A DNA stretch of 64,000 nt, taken from Methanomassiliicoccales archaeon. Its GTDB lineage: Archaea > Thermoplasmatota > Thermoplasmata > RBG-16-68-12 > SOIM01. Shown piece by piece: positions 17,565-26,498 of the stretch (positions are counted from its first letter, which is position 1; each line of letters starts with the position of its first letter). The stretch is from positions 4,387 through 68,386 of the forward strand of contig JAUVGH010000005.1 of assembly GCA_030593885.1 (NCBI GenBank), read 5' to 3'. Made by a program: the position numbers and the translations under genes. Under the pieces are notes generated by a model. That model did not search any database. It saw only the letters and a list, made by a program, of their open reading frames with translations, and was not told the origin of the DNA.

Positions 17565-18059
17565 ATGGATGAACACGAAGAGAATGCTCGAAATGTCATT
17601 CTAAAGAAACACCACGAAACTCTAAAGCTTGAGGCAGAAGCGAGGAGAAGATGTGCGGTGGCCCAGGAGAAATTCGCTGGATACATGATTGAGTATATTG
17701 AGTTGGAAAGAAAGCGGCAAAAACTAGAATCCGAGAAGCAGAGACAGCGGAAAGAACTCGGAGCGATCTTTGGTTTGACCCAAAGGATTTCGGACTCGCG
17801 TCAAAGTGTGATGCTCGCTATGACACAGGCTATATCAAATTCTGAGTCAGTCCCGATTGACAGATTGGTTGATGCCTACGGCAGATTGAGAAGCAAGCTC
17901 CTTGGTGTCTTTGGAGAAGAAGATGAGGATGTTGAGAATATTCCAATAGTGAATGTCGAGGGTAGCGACAGTGTCGTCAAGAAATTGAATGAACTGAATG
18001 TCGCATTGGGGGAGATGTATGGTTACGCTCTTGGCAAGTTTTGGGAAATATTGCCATAA
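17565..18059 (+). CDS. Hypothetical coiled-coil protein
   Basis: ORF rich in E/K/R/L heptad-like sequence (LKLEAEARRRCAVAQEKF...ELERKRQKLESEKQRQRKEL). The ATG at 17565 is preceded by GATGAGGAG. Confidence 0.5.
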   Translation: MDEHEENARNVILKKHHETLKLEAEARRRCAVAQEKFAGYMIEYIELERKRQKLESEKQRQRKELGAIFGLTQRISDSRQSVMLAMTQAISNSESVPIDRLVDAYGRLRSKLLGVFGEEDEDVENIPIVNVEGSDSVVKKLNELNVALGEMYGYALGKFWEILP

Positions 18060-18432
18060 GAATCAGCGATTGGATTGGGAAATATCTAGCTTATTTTCGA
18101 ATCTCGACAGACCTACTGAAGCAAGTGAAATATCAGTCTTCTGATTCTTTCGCCAGCGATTGGTGGTATTTGCGGGATCACTCACTGTAACTGGGTCGGA
18201 CGGTCTTCGCAATCGAAGTGATGGCTATACTGTTTGATGTGTACTGTTAGATCAGTGTTGGCAGTAGGGATATGGAAGCGGGTAGGAGGGTTGAGTTCCA
18301 CTACGATCGGCATAATGAATAGATCTTCGGGTTCAAGTTATGGCGTCCTGTGTTCGTTGAGTTGGAGGCGTAGATTAGGTGGATGATGACGAATGAAATC
18401 TACTAATTGACTAGTCTTGAGGTCTCATTCCC

Positions 18433-18440
18433 TTTAAATA
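18433..18440 (+). promoter_or_regulatory. TATA-box-like element (TTTAAATA)
   Basis: TTTAAATA lies about 20 nt upstream of GTG 18460 and about 44 nt upstream of ATG 18484, the two candidate starts of the downstream ORF. This spacing fits archaeal promoters. Confidence 0.35.
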
Positions 18441-18483
18441 TCCTGAAAGCGGTTTCGTTGTGAAGAGAGGAAGCTGTGATTCA

Positions 18484-19032
18484 ATGAAGACTGAGGATTG
18501 GTTGAAAAAGCATAGTCAATTCGTCACAAAGATGAAGTCCGAGCTAAAGGGAATGGAAGGGAGAATGGAAAGTCGGAAGAAGGAAGTTTGGGAGATATCA
18601 AAGGGCATAGGTGCAGGCATATTCAAGTCCAAATCAACGAGTGAGGAGTTTCGGAAAAGGAAGTTCCTGGATTTTCTGGATAGACTTAGCAGAGTGCACG
18701 CGGACATTCGAGAGTCTTTTGAGAGACTCGTTGGATCGCTCAAAGAGTCCAAGTCTTTGTGGGAAGCCGACCCTAAAGAGTTCGACAGGGACTTAAGACT
18801 CGATGAGTTTGCCAAATGGTTCCGAGAAAGGTCAGAATTGGACAACCTTTCCATCGATGTTGGGCTTCCGCTTTTCGAGTTGGTGGGATATATCGGCGGT
18901 ATTCAAGATTTGATAAGAGGCTGGATTAGTGAAGAGCGTGAATTCACGGAACTGAGAGACGAATTTTTGAAGGATGCGGAAAAGAAGTTCGAGAAAATGG
19001 AAAAAGGCCCAACAGGGATAGAGGTTGCCTGA
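18484..19032 (+). CDS. Hypothetical helical/coiled-coil protein
   Basis: 190-aa ORF (183 aa from ATG 18484) with charged helical sequence and no family recognised. GTG 18460 would give a leaderless transcript. Confidence 0.5.
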   Translation: MKTEDWLKKHSQFVTKMKSELKGMEGRMESRKKEVWEISKGIGAGIFKSKSTSEEFRKRKFLDFLDRLSRVHADIRESFERLVGSLKESKSLWEADPKEFDRDLRLDEFAKWFRERSELDNLSIDVGLPLFELVGYIGGIQDLIRGWISEEREFTELRDEFLKDAEKKFEKMEKGPTGIEVA

Positions 19033-19246
19033 GATTCCATCCTTGTGGCTGCAAAAGGAATGAAATTGAAGGAGTCTACTCCGCTAGAACGAAAATGCCC
19101 TTCTCCATTATCAACTACGGCAGGAGAATGTGCGTCCTGCATTCAGAAGGAGAAATATATGAACTAAGCTCGAAGGCTCTCTAAATGCGTCATTTCGGCT
19201 TCTCCACTAAGAGACAGACGAAGATTCGTTGGAGAGTACGAAGGTA

Positions 19247-19678
19247 TCATGATTGTCCTAATCTAATGCTTTCATACTTTGTTTGGAGCAGTGCTAGAAA
19301 TGCTTCGGTGCTATCAAGGTTGACAAGCTCCGAAGTCAGCACATCAATCACAACGATATTCGATCGAGACAAAGCATGATGCTGAATCTCTTCAGCGAAC
19401 CTCCTTTTACCTTGGCCTGTTAGGCCATTTCGGGACACTACAATGCCAGTTTGTATTCCCGTAAGCGTTAGTTTCGCAAGAAAGGCACCGAGCTCGGGCG
19501 AACGAATTCGATCTTGGCGGTCTTTGCACTCGATCAGGGCGAATTCTCCCAACCAAGGCAGAGGCAGTCCACTGGGACTGAGGTTTCTCACAACGACGTC
19601 AACTTCTCCTCCCCTCCCCCTTCGACGCCAAAGCACTTGGATACCTGATATGGTTTTGAACAGGTAGGATGTGAGCAT
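19247..19678 (-). CDS. Stand-alone Mrr-cat-like restriction-endonuclease-fold protein
   Basis: GGEVDVVV...FALIECKDRQDRIRSPELGAFLAKL...TGIVVSRNGLT matches the D...(D/E)xK core and the downstream 'specificity' strand order of Mrr-type PD-(D/E)xK nucleases. Only 143 aa. Confidence 0.6.
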   Translation of the reverse strand: MLTSYLFKTISGIQVLWRRRGRGGEVDVVVRNLSPSGLPLPWLGEFALIECKDRQDRIRSPELGAFLAKLTLTGIQTGIVVSRNGLTGQGKRRFAEEIQHHALSRSNIVVIDVLTSELVNLDSTEAFLALLQTKYESIRLGQS

Positions 19679-19761
19679 CTCGAGTGATATACCCGTTCCG
19701 CCCTGCGAAGAGAGAACGCGTGTTGCCCAAGCTTTGACAAGATATGGATTGAAGGGAAGTC

Positions 19762-20397
19762 TTATGCTTGCGAGCGTGTGAAATCCCCCAGTTCATGTCC
19801 CAATTGGTACCTGATTAGTATCTCCTCGGGGAACCATGGGAAGTTCTCCAAGAACTTGCCTGCAAAGAGTTCTAGACCCTTCAGTTCCGCTACGGAAACA
19901 TCTAGTCGATTGGTAAGGTGGGCATACGCCGGTGCAGCTTTGGGTGTAGGGTGGTGGTCTTTGACGTCCTCGATGAAGGCCAGAATCATATGAGCCCTGG
20001 CCCCTTCCAAGTCGCCTACACCTTCATAACGAAGGGAGATCCAGAAGTGGGGTGCCCCCTTCTTGATTCGTTGGTTCCACACCTCCTGCTGTTCGTAACA
20101 GATCCCTAGATACTCCAGAGCGAAGTCGAGAGCGAGTGGATGAAGGTTCATTTGCGCTAACACTGTAGAAACGATTACCCAGGCGACGCCATCAGCACGG
20201 ATGAAGGGGTCGATTTCGTTATCCTTACCGGACCTATCACGCAAGAACTCCTTTGCTGTTTGGATTCCTGCCAGTTCGAGCGAAGTTGCGATTTCTGTCC
20301 TTATCTGGTCTCGTGATACGGGTCTTAGTCGCACCTCCTTGAACATGAAATCGAGCGCCTCGTTGGCAATTTCGACCTGCAAGGTGTTCTCGGGCAT
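19762..20397 (-). CDS. Hypothetical all-helical protein upstream of the Mrr-like nuclease
   Basis: 211-aa ORF on the same strand, 83 nt upstream of the nuclease gene. Helical repeat-like sequence. No family recognised. Confidence 0.5.
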   Translation of the reverse strand: MPENTLQVEIANEALDFMFKEVRLRPVSRDQIRTEIATSLELAGIQTAKEFLRDRSGKDNEIDPFIRADGVAWVIVSTVLAQMNLHPLALDFALEYLGICYEQQEVWNQRIKKGAPHFWISLRYEGVGDLEGARAHMILAFIEDVKDHHPTPKAAPAYAHLTNRLDVSVAELKGLELFAGKFLENFPWFPEEILIRYQLGHELGDFTRSQA

Positions 20398-20976
20398 CCG
20401 AAGTCTAGATTTGGGCTGAAGTAATTAACTCTATCGACTTGAGGTTATTGCATTAATGGCCCGTTGGAAGGCTCCTTTTAAACAAAACTCTCCAAAATGT
20501 CGTTGTCGATGCTTCGAAGTCTTCTTCCTACATACTTCTGAGTAGTCATCAAGCAAAGGCCGTTTGGTTTCGTCGTGGATGATAATGAACTGCGACACTC
20601 TCGAACTGGGGAAAGACGAGAGCCAGAACAGTCTTGTATTACCCCAATTCGATATTGTGACTAGCCAACCGTTGTTAGATACCAATCCTGCATATGTAGT
20701 TGCCGCTGAGAGGCCCCTGAGTGATATCTCTATCGGAAACCGTTAATGACAAGTCAGACTGAGACTTGATCAGACTAGTAGAAGAGTTCAAGTGGTAGAC
20801 TGCAGGTCCTTATGTTTGCCTGGATGGCTTGGCAAGATATCTGAAGAACTGCTTTCGAGAAGATCGCAAGACGAGGGCAACAACATACACGAGTGTCGAG
20901 GGAAGAGGGAGCCTGACGAACCGAGAATCGAATTGATATATGAAGGCAAAGACTAATATTGAGACCGACCATTCCG

Positions 20977-21975
20977 ATGTGGAGGGTACATCTGCCGAGA
21001 ATCAAGGTCTTCGTAAGTTCGAGAATGTATGAGCTTGAGCCCGAAAGGGAAATTGCCCCGGAGATAGTGAGAGAACTGGGTTTCGAACCAATTCTCTTTG
21101 AGGATATGCCTGCTACTCCAAGAACACCTCAACAGGCTTTTCTTGATGGTGTCACGAGGTGTGATATTTTCGTCATGATTCTCTGGACAGGGTATTCCAA
21201 GGCTGTTCGACGCGAATATGAGTGCGCAGATAGTCTTGGCAAACCTATCCTCATCTTCATTAAGGACCTAAGAGGAAAGAAGGAAACTCGAGAGAAAAGG
21301 TTAGAGAACTTCATGAAAAAGATTCACTTTTACAAGAGATTCAGGAAACTGGCAGACCTACGGTCCCAACTAAGAGAAGGCCTTATCGAGGAGGTCTCCC
21401 GGCGATATCGAGAGAGGCCAAAGCGTTTTGATAACATAAAGGATGTCTACGAAGAGGCGACTCGTGTAGCAAAGGAGGCCCAAAAACGCCTTTGCATCAT
21501 TCAATGGACGCCCTCCCTGATACTAGGGGCCCATCCCTATGAACGTTCCGAAAAGGTCCACTATGAGGGGGGATTCGAGGAGATAATTGAGAATTGGGCG
21601 CGAAGAGTCAAAAACAACAGGCGACGGACCTTCATCTATGCATACTATGCCCCTTTCACTCGAGAGGACATCAGCGAGTATGGTTTGGAAGAAAGAGCAA
21701 GGAACAACTTGAAGAAGTACAAAGAGCTGGAGATCTTGTCTGGAGGGAGGTTCAAACTGCTCTCGATCACCGGTCCGTACCCACCACCCATCATAGAAGT
21801 TGGAGATGATAACTATGGCATCTGGTTTAGGTCAACCGAGCGATCTAATGTTGCTAGCATGGTTCAAAAAGACAAGTATGTAGCAGAGATTCTTGTGAAC
21901 CTCGTTCTCCAGCTGTCAGAAAGGGACAAGACCGAGGATGAACTCCTGCAAGAACTAGGCATCGACAAGTGTTAG
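20977..21975 (+). CDS. DUF4062-like (TIR/nucleoside 2-deoxyribosyltransferase-like) N-terminal domain protein
   Basis: The N-terminus KVFVSSRMYELEPEREIAPEIVRELGFEPILFE...CDIFVMILWTGYS matches the DUF4062 pattern (VFISS...L..ER..v...i...g..pv.fE...D.fv.il). The C-terminal 200 aa or so are unassigned. Confidence 0.55.
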   Translation: MWRVHLPRIKVFVSSRMYELEPEREIAPEIVRELGFEPILFEDMPATPRTPQQAFLDGVTRCDIFVMILWTGYSKAVRREYECADSLGKPILIFIKDLRGKKETREKRLENFMKKIHFYKRFRKLADLRSQLREGLIEEVSRRYRERPKRFDNIKDVYEEATRVAKEAQKRLCIIQWTPSLILGAHPYERSEKVHYEGGFEEIIENWARRVKNNRRRTFIYAYYAPFTREDISEYGLEERARNNLKKYKELEILSGGRFKLLSITGPYPPPIIEVGDDNYGIWFRSTERSNVASMVQKDKYVAEILVNLVLQLSERDKTEDELLQELGIDKC

Positions 21976-22077
21976 TTGCGAGTCAATAGTGTATGAGGCT
22001 TTCGCTCACAACTGGTGAAAACTCGCCAATACTGCCAACGTTAGGACCTACTAGTAGTGCTGAGTTCCTACGGTTTC

Positions 22078-23184
22078 TCACACTTCGGTCCCCCGTAGAA
22101 CCCCGAATCTAGCCACAGAGAGTAGGTCGTTTGTGGTTTCTTGATCCAGATTCTTGGTCGGGAGGGATTCCAGAGCTTTTCCCAAATAGTCCAGTGCCAT
22201 TTCCGTTGCGTACTTTCTAGACCCTGCCTCATCCAAGATTGAAAGGGCTTCATCAATCTCTTTGGTTCTCAGGCTCCGTTTCTTGTACAATGCTCCCAGG
22301 CGTTCTCCAAGATCTGGTTGAGAAAGAGCATGAATTACTGGAAGTGTCTTTTTCCTTTTCAGGATGTCCGAGGGACCCTCCTTACCAAGATTTGACGGCT
22401 CCCAGATACCCAGAATGTCGTCAGCAATCTGAAATCCCATTCCAAGATTCCGTCCAAAATCTGAGAACGAATTGACGCAGTATTCACTATCAGATGCGAC
22501 AATAGCCCCTAGGCGGGTAGAACATTCTATTAGAGATGCCGTTTTCTTTTCTATCATCTCAAGATACTCTTCGACATCCACATCGGTTCTGCTCTCAAAA
22601 TCGAGGTCTTGGTGTTGTCCCTCAACCATTGTGATTATCGTCTCATTCAGTATTCGGACAATTTCGATAGTCTTGTCCAGCTCTATGCCCTTTCCCAGGA
22701 GCCTAAGAATCGTAAGGTTGGCCAATACGAGCATTCCATCTCCTGTGTTTATCGCTTGAGGAATTCCCCACAATCTCCACAATGTAGGTCTATCCCTTCT
22801 TCTGACATCACTGTCTTCAATATCGTCGTGTATGAGAGAGAAGTTATGCACAACTTCTATCGCACTGGCAACAGGTACTGCATTCGAGAAATCCATAGAT
22901 ATCGCCTTTGAGGTCAGCAAACACAACCCAGGTCGTAGCTTCTTCCCACCTCTATCTGGTACCGATCTGAAATCTTGGCTAACCCACCCTAGATGGTATC
23001 TCATCATGTCGTACAGGAATCCAACATCTTTCCTGCTATTCATGACGGATTTCATGTCCTTATCGACAAATCCTGAGTATTGAGTGAGAATCGCTTTTGC
23101 TCTTTCCTCCAGTGCTCCAAGCTTGGCTCTCATGTCCCTCAACAAGAAATGGGAATCCATGCTTATGATTCTTTTCCTGGTCAA
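22078..23184 (-). CDS. idsA: Geranylgeranyl diphosphate synthase (trans-polyprenyl synthetase family)
   Basis: First Asp-rich motif LIHDDIEDSDVRRR and second Asp-rich motif FQIADDILG. Length is typical. The start may instead be the internal Met (MDSHFLL). Confidence 0.85.
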   Translation of the reverse strand: MTRKRIISMDSHFLLRDMRAKLGALEERAKAILTQYSGFVDKDMKSVMNSRKDVGFLYDMMRYHLGWVSQDFRSVPDRGGKKLRPGLCLLTSKAISMDFSNAVPVASAIEVVHNFSLIHDDIEDSDVRRRDRPTLWRLWGIPQAINTGDGMLVLANLTILRLLGKGIELDKTIEIVRILNETIITMVEGQHQDLDFESRTDVDVEEYLEMIEKKTASLIECSTRLGAIVASDSEYCVNSFSDFGRNLGMGFQIADDILGIWEPSNLGKEGPSDILKRKKTLPVIHALSQPDLGERLGALYKKRSLRTKEIDEALSILDEAGSRKYATEMALDYLGKALESLPTKNLDQETTNDLLSVARFGVLRGTEV

Positions 23185-23338
23185 TTTGCAGATTATCGGG
23201 GGTTATATAGGACTTACCTGAATATTGGAACGCCACATGGTCTGCGGCAAATACTATTCTGTTTCAAATCGAAAAGAACAAAGAAATATGTTAGTGTTTT
23301 GAGTTTATGATGACAAGTGGCAGAACGAGATGCTTATA

Positions 23339-24865
23339 TTAGTCACTTAGTCTTTCGGCTTTGTTGCATTTAGGACATCTCAAGTCTATCATTGCTTGAT
23401 GAAATCTATCCTCATCAAATCTCCACATGTATTCCTCCAAATCCCTGTTCTTCTTGTTAAGGAGGTCCTCTTCATGTCGCTCGCATGTCATTTTCACACT
23501 CCTCGTTTTACTGTCTCCCTCTTTGTAGTAGAGGTACTCATATCTCTCCCTAGTGTGACCGTTGTCCTCCACAACAATCTTCAGAGTGAGGTGATCATCA
23601 AGAAGGCCAAAATACCTCAAGACCTTGTCTGCAAAGAAGTATCTTGGCTCACGTCTTTGTGAGGATATGTTGAACAGGTATCTTATTGAGATATTATCTT
23701 CAGCCAGGGATTCGATGTAGACTCTGCATTGTCTTGATATCATTTGTGCACCACCACTTCTTGTAGGTCTATGCCATTCTGTCAAATCGTCACACAACAT
23801 AACCCAAAGATAGATCAAACCTCTCTCGCCCTTCCTAATCACAACTTCTTTTCCAGAGTGATAAGCAATAGGTTTCAATATATATTGACTCACCATAAAG
23901 TCCCTGTCAACCCAAAAGTCACCTCCATCCCGCTCCGATATTTTATACTCGATACAATCATCTCTGCTGAATCTTCTTAGTTTGCTAACCAAAAGTAAAC
24001 AACTGATAACTCCGTGATCAAGCTTACTTAATAACGTAGAGAAGTAAGCCATTACGTTTGGTCGTGGGCAAATCCTATCCTCAGTCCTCACATATTCGCG
24101 GTCATTGATCTGCTTTATTACAAACTCGTTGCTGACGGGTTCTCGTTTTGGTTTTACGCTCAAGCTCAGTCTGTGCAACAGATAATCAAAAGCGTGCTTG
24201 TATGCAATAGGAAAATCTACCTGAAACGGTTGAAAACGTATGCCTTTGTATTCCTCCAGCATCTCCTCAAGAGATTTGTTTATGTTCTTAATTCTCTCAA
24301 TAGGATAGCCCAAGTCATGACACAGAGCCACAATGCAAAATTGTGCCTCCTTGTCTTTCGAGTACCACTCTCTGTCTATGTAATCCAGAAGCTTATGCTT
24401 TCTAAACATGTATTCCCCAACAAAGAAGAACCATAGAAGATGCCATGTATGGTCACGATACCATTCACCACTGCCGTAGAGCAATGTCTCGAAATTTCTA
24501 AACTTATTGAGATAGGAAGCGAGCTCGTTAACACCAGTAATATCCTCCTCAATTCTGCCACCCTTAGTGTGGAATGAATCATCAAGTCTTTTCAGAGCAT
24601 CGCGTAGTAATGATTTCCATAGAGTTAGTGTATCCTTGGAAAGATCGATATTTGCTTTGGTCATCTTTTCTAGCCCTTCCATATCTTCTTCTTTCTCATC
24701 CAGAACCGGGGTAATCTCCTCAAGTTTTGCTGATTCTCTCAAGAATCTTTTACATTTATTCCTTGTCTCTTCACTCAGAAAATCGATATTCTCTATTCCA
24801 TCTTCCTCTGCGAAGTATTCAGATAAGTTCTTACAGGAGAGTTCATCACCCGACAGAGCCATCAT
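23339..24865 (-). CDS. HD-domain-like protein with a C-terminal zinc ribbon, unknown family
   Basis: RDHTWH...ALCHDLGYPIE...LDHGVIS...IAYHSG follows the H..HD..H..(D/H) order of HD metal-dependent phosphohydrolases. The C-terminus is CERHEED...CPKCNK. The DNA is AT-rich. Confidence 0.55.
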   Translation of the reverse strand: MMALSGDELSCKNLSEYFAEEDGIENIDFLSEETRNKCKRFLRESAKLEEITPVLDEKEEDMEGLEKMTKANIDLSKDTLTLWKSLLRDALKRLDDSFHTKGGRIEEDITGVNELASYLNKFRNFETLLYGSGEWYRDHTWHLLWFFFVGEYMFRKHKLLDYIDREWYSKDKEAQFCIVALCHDLGYPIERIKNINKSLEEMLEEYKGIRFQPFQVDFPIAYKHAFDYLLHRLSLSVKPKREPVSNEFVIKQINDREYVRTEDRICPRPNVMAYFSTLLSKLDHGVISCLLLVSKLRRFSRDDCIEYKISERDGGDFWVDRDFMVSQYILKPIAYHSGKEVVIRKGERGLIYLWVMLCDDLTEWHRPTRSGGAQMISRQCRVYIESLAEDNISIRYLFNISSQRREPRYFFADKVLRYFGLLDDHLTLKIVVEDNGHTRERYEYLYYKEGDSKTRSVKMTCERHEEDLLNKKNRDLEEYMWRFDEDRFHQAMIDLRCPKCNKAERLSD

Positions 24866-25047
24866 AATTGCCCCAATGTCTACATCGAATATGAATGTTT
24901 CAAATAATATCCTTTAGGCTGTAGATTTGCGTCATACTCCACAGAGAAGTAAGTCATTCCCACATTCTGGAGTTACTTGTGATTCCCCATCCGTTGAGCG
25001 AATTCAAGGTAGTGGATCACAGAGTCTCTAAGTAAAAGGCTGTTTTC

Positions 25048-25905
25048 TCAGTCTGCCTCACAGTAGGATTTGAACCCACAACTCATGCATATCTCTTCGT
25101 TCTCACATTTCACAAAGTCATCTTTTCCAGACTTGGAATCCAAGTACTCGAATAGGACTATTGATTTCTCAGCCATTTCACTCATAAGGGAATCTATTTC
25201 TTCTTGCGTTGTCTGATACTCTTTGCTTTCCCCGATATCAAGAAAAACTACTTCAGTTCTCAGATGATTCAAATCCGAAAGCCCTTCTTGAAGTGCCCAC
25301 AGAATATATAGCTTCATTTGCCATTCATCTATTGCATCCGAATACGAGCTATCCGTTTTCCAATCTGTGATATATACCCTTCCGTCTCTAGATTTTGTTA
25401 TCAAATCTGGAACTAGCCAAAAAGAGTGCCCATCAATCACAATCTTACAATAGTCTTCATGCTTGATAATCTCCAGACCCTTGTAGAAGTCAAAGAATTC
25501 AGTAAAGAATATACTTACTTGCCTTTCAGCTTCTTCACCTATGCTAGACATGTCCTCCTGTGAAATCTCCTTGCCATTCAAAGCTTCTATTATGAATCTT
25601 CTAGGTTCGTCTTGAATTTCAGTTACAAGTCTTGAAACATATTGGAGTGCAGTATCAGGTCCAGAAACATCTCTTCCTCGGGACAGTTGATCAAATTGCC
25701 GTTTGATTGCAGAATGAACAATGTTACCTAACAAGAACTTGATGTTATGCATATGGTCTAGCATTCTCTTTGTTGTCTTCAAAATATGACCGTACTCTAC
25801 GTCATAGAACTTCACATATCGGTAATAGAAAGCACGTGGACATTCATCAAGGAGCGACTGCCGACTCCGTGACCAACTATGCCATTTCTTCCATTTTCCT
25901 TCCAT
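25048..25905 (-). CDS. Cas4/AddB-like PD-(D/E)xK nuclease with a four-Cys cluster
   Basis: N-terminal Cys in LLDECPRAFYYRY. The nuclease core is VPDLITKSRDGRVYITDWKTD (D...DxK), followed by the QxxxY motif QMKLYILWAL and the C-terminal CENEEICMSCGFKSYC. This is the Cas4-type Fe-S cysteine arrangement. Confidence 0.7.
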   Translation of the reverse strand: MEGKWKKWHSWSRSRQSLLDECPRAFYYRYVKFYDVEYGHILKTTKRMLDHMHNIKFLLGNIVHSAIKRQFDQLSRGRDVSGPDTALQYVSRLVTEIQDEPRRFIIEALNGKEISQEDMSSIGEEAERQVSIFFTEFFDFYKGLEIIKHEDYCKIVIDGHSFWLVPDLITKSRDGRVYITDWKTDSSYSDAIDEWQMKLYILWALQEGLSDLNHLRTEVVFLDIGESKEYQTTQEEIDSLMSEMAEKSIVLFEYLDSKSGKDDFVKCENEEICMSCGFKSYCEAD

Positions 25906-25907
25906 AT

Positions 25908-26423
25908 CTACAACTCTCTGAGTTTTTCAAATAGACTGAGCAACAACTCTTTTCCTTCTTCAATCTCTTCTGGAGTGTATTTCTTGGTGTATTGAAGTAA
26001 GGCCTGAACATAAGGATAGTCATAGCCTTCATTCAAAAGAAACCTGATAGATGCTAATTTCTCTAACTCCTGACTGCCATAGCTATTGAGTGTCTGGACG
26101 ATACCTGCAAAACGACTGTATGTTTCATCCTCTGAAGGTAATGATCCCTCCAAGAAATCACTGCCCTTTTTCGTAATCTCATACACATATTCCATTCCAA
26201 CAGAGTCTTCTGAAAGAAGTCCCATCTCACATAGAGAATCGATTTCGGATGCAAGTTCCCTAGAGAAAGGACCGAATATATTCCACTCGAATATTTCGCG
26301 AATAGGCATACCCACTTCTTTCGACAAGTAAAAAATCTTCTGGAACTTCTTTCTCCCATGAATTTCCTTGCACTTCTCTGCCGTGAAGCAAATTGGGACG
26401 TACTCTTCAAACATCAATATCAC
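25908..26423 (-). CDS. YwgA / SocA-Panacea (DUF4065)-like protein
   Basis: KKFQKIFYLSKEVGMPIREIFEWNIFGPFSRELASEIDSL resembles the K(L/F)QKLLY...W..GP(V/F) core of DUF4065/YwgA-type proteins. Its stop lies 2 nt before the nuclease start. Confidence 0.5.
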   Translation of the reverse strand: MILMFEEYVPICFTAEKCKEIHGRKKFQKIFYLSKEVGMPIREIFEWNIFGPFSRELASEIDSLCEMGLLSEDSVGMEYVYEITKKGSDFLEGSLPSEDETYSRFAGIVQTLNSYGSQELEKLASIRFLLNEGYDYPYVQALLQYTKKYTPEEIEEGKELLLSLFEKLREL

Positions 26424-26498
26424 TTTCCGTATTCACTATTAGTAAATATACCCTCAAGTAGGCATAGGGTAGAGGGTTAAGTGAAAGTGAAAGTGACT

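Noticed and set aside
18383-18446. Possible C/D-box sRNA. It has ATGATGA at 18383..18389 and CTGA at 18443..18446, 64 nt apart, in the gene-free gap 18060..18459.
   Set aside because: I could not find convincing internal D' and C' boxes at the expected spacing of about 12 nt. No terminal stem is evident. The 3' part overlaps the TTTAAATA element, which is better explained as the promoter of the downstream ORF.
19060-19167. 35-codon ORF (MKLKESTPLERKCPSPLSTTAGECASCIQKEKYMN) with an AAGGAA-like SD in the gap after 19032.
   Set aside because: It is too short, and three Cys are insufficient to call a zinc ribbon. I noted it only as a candidate micro-ORF.
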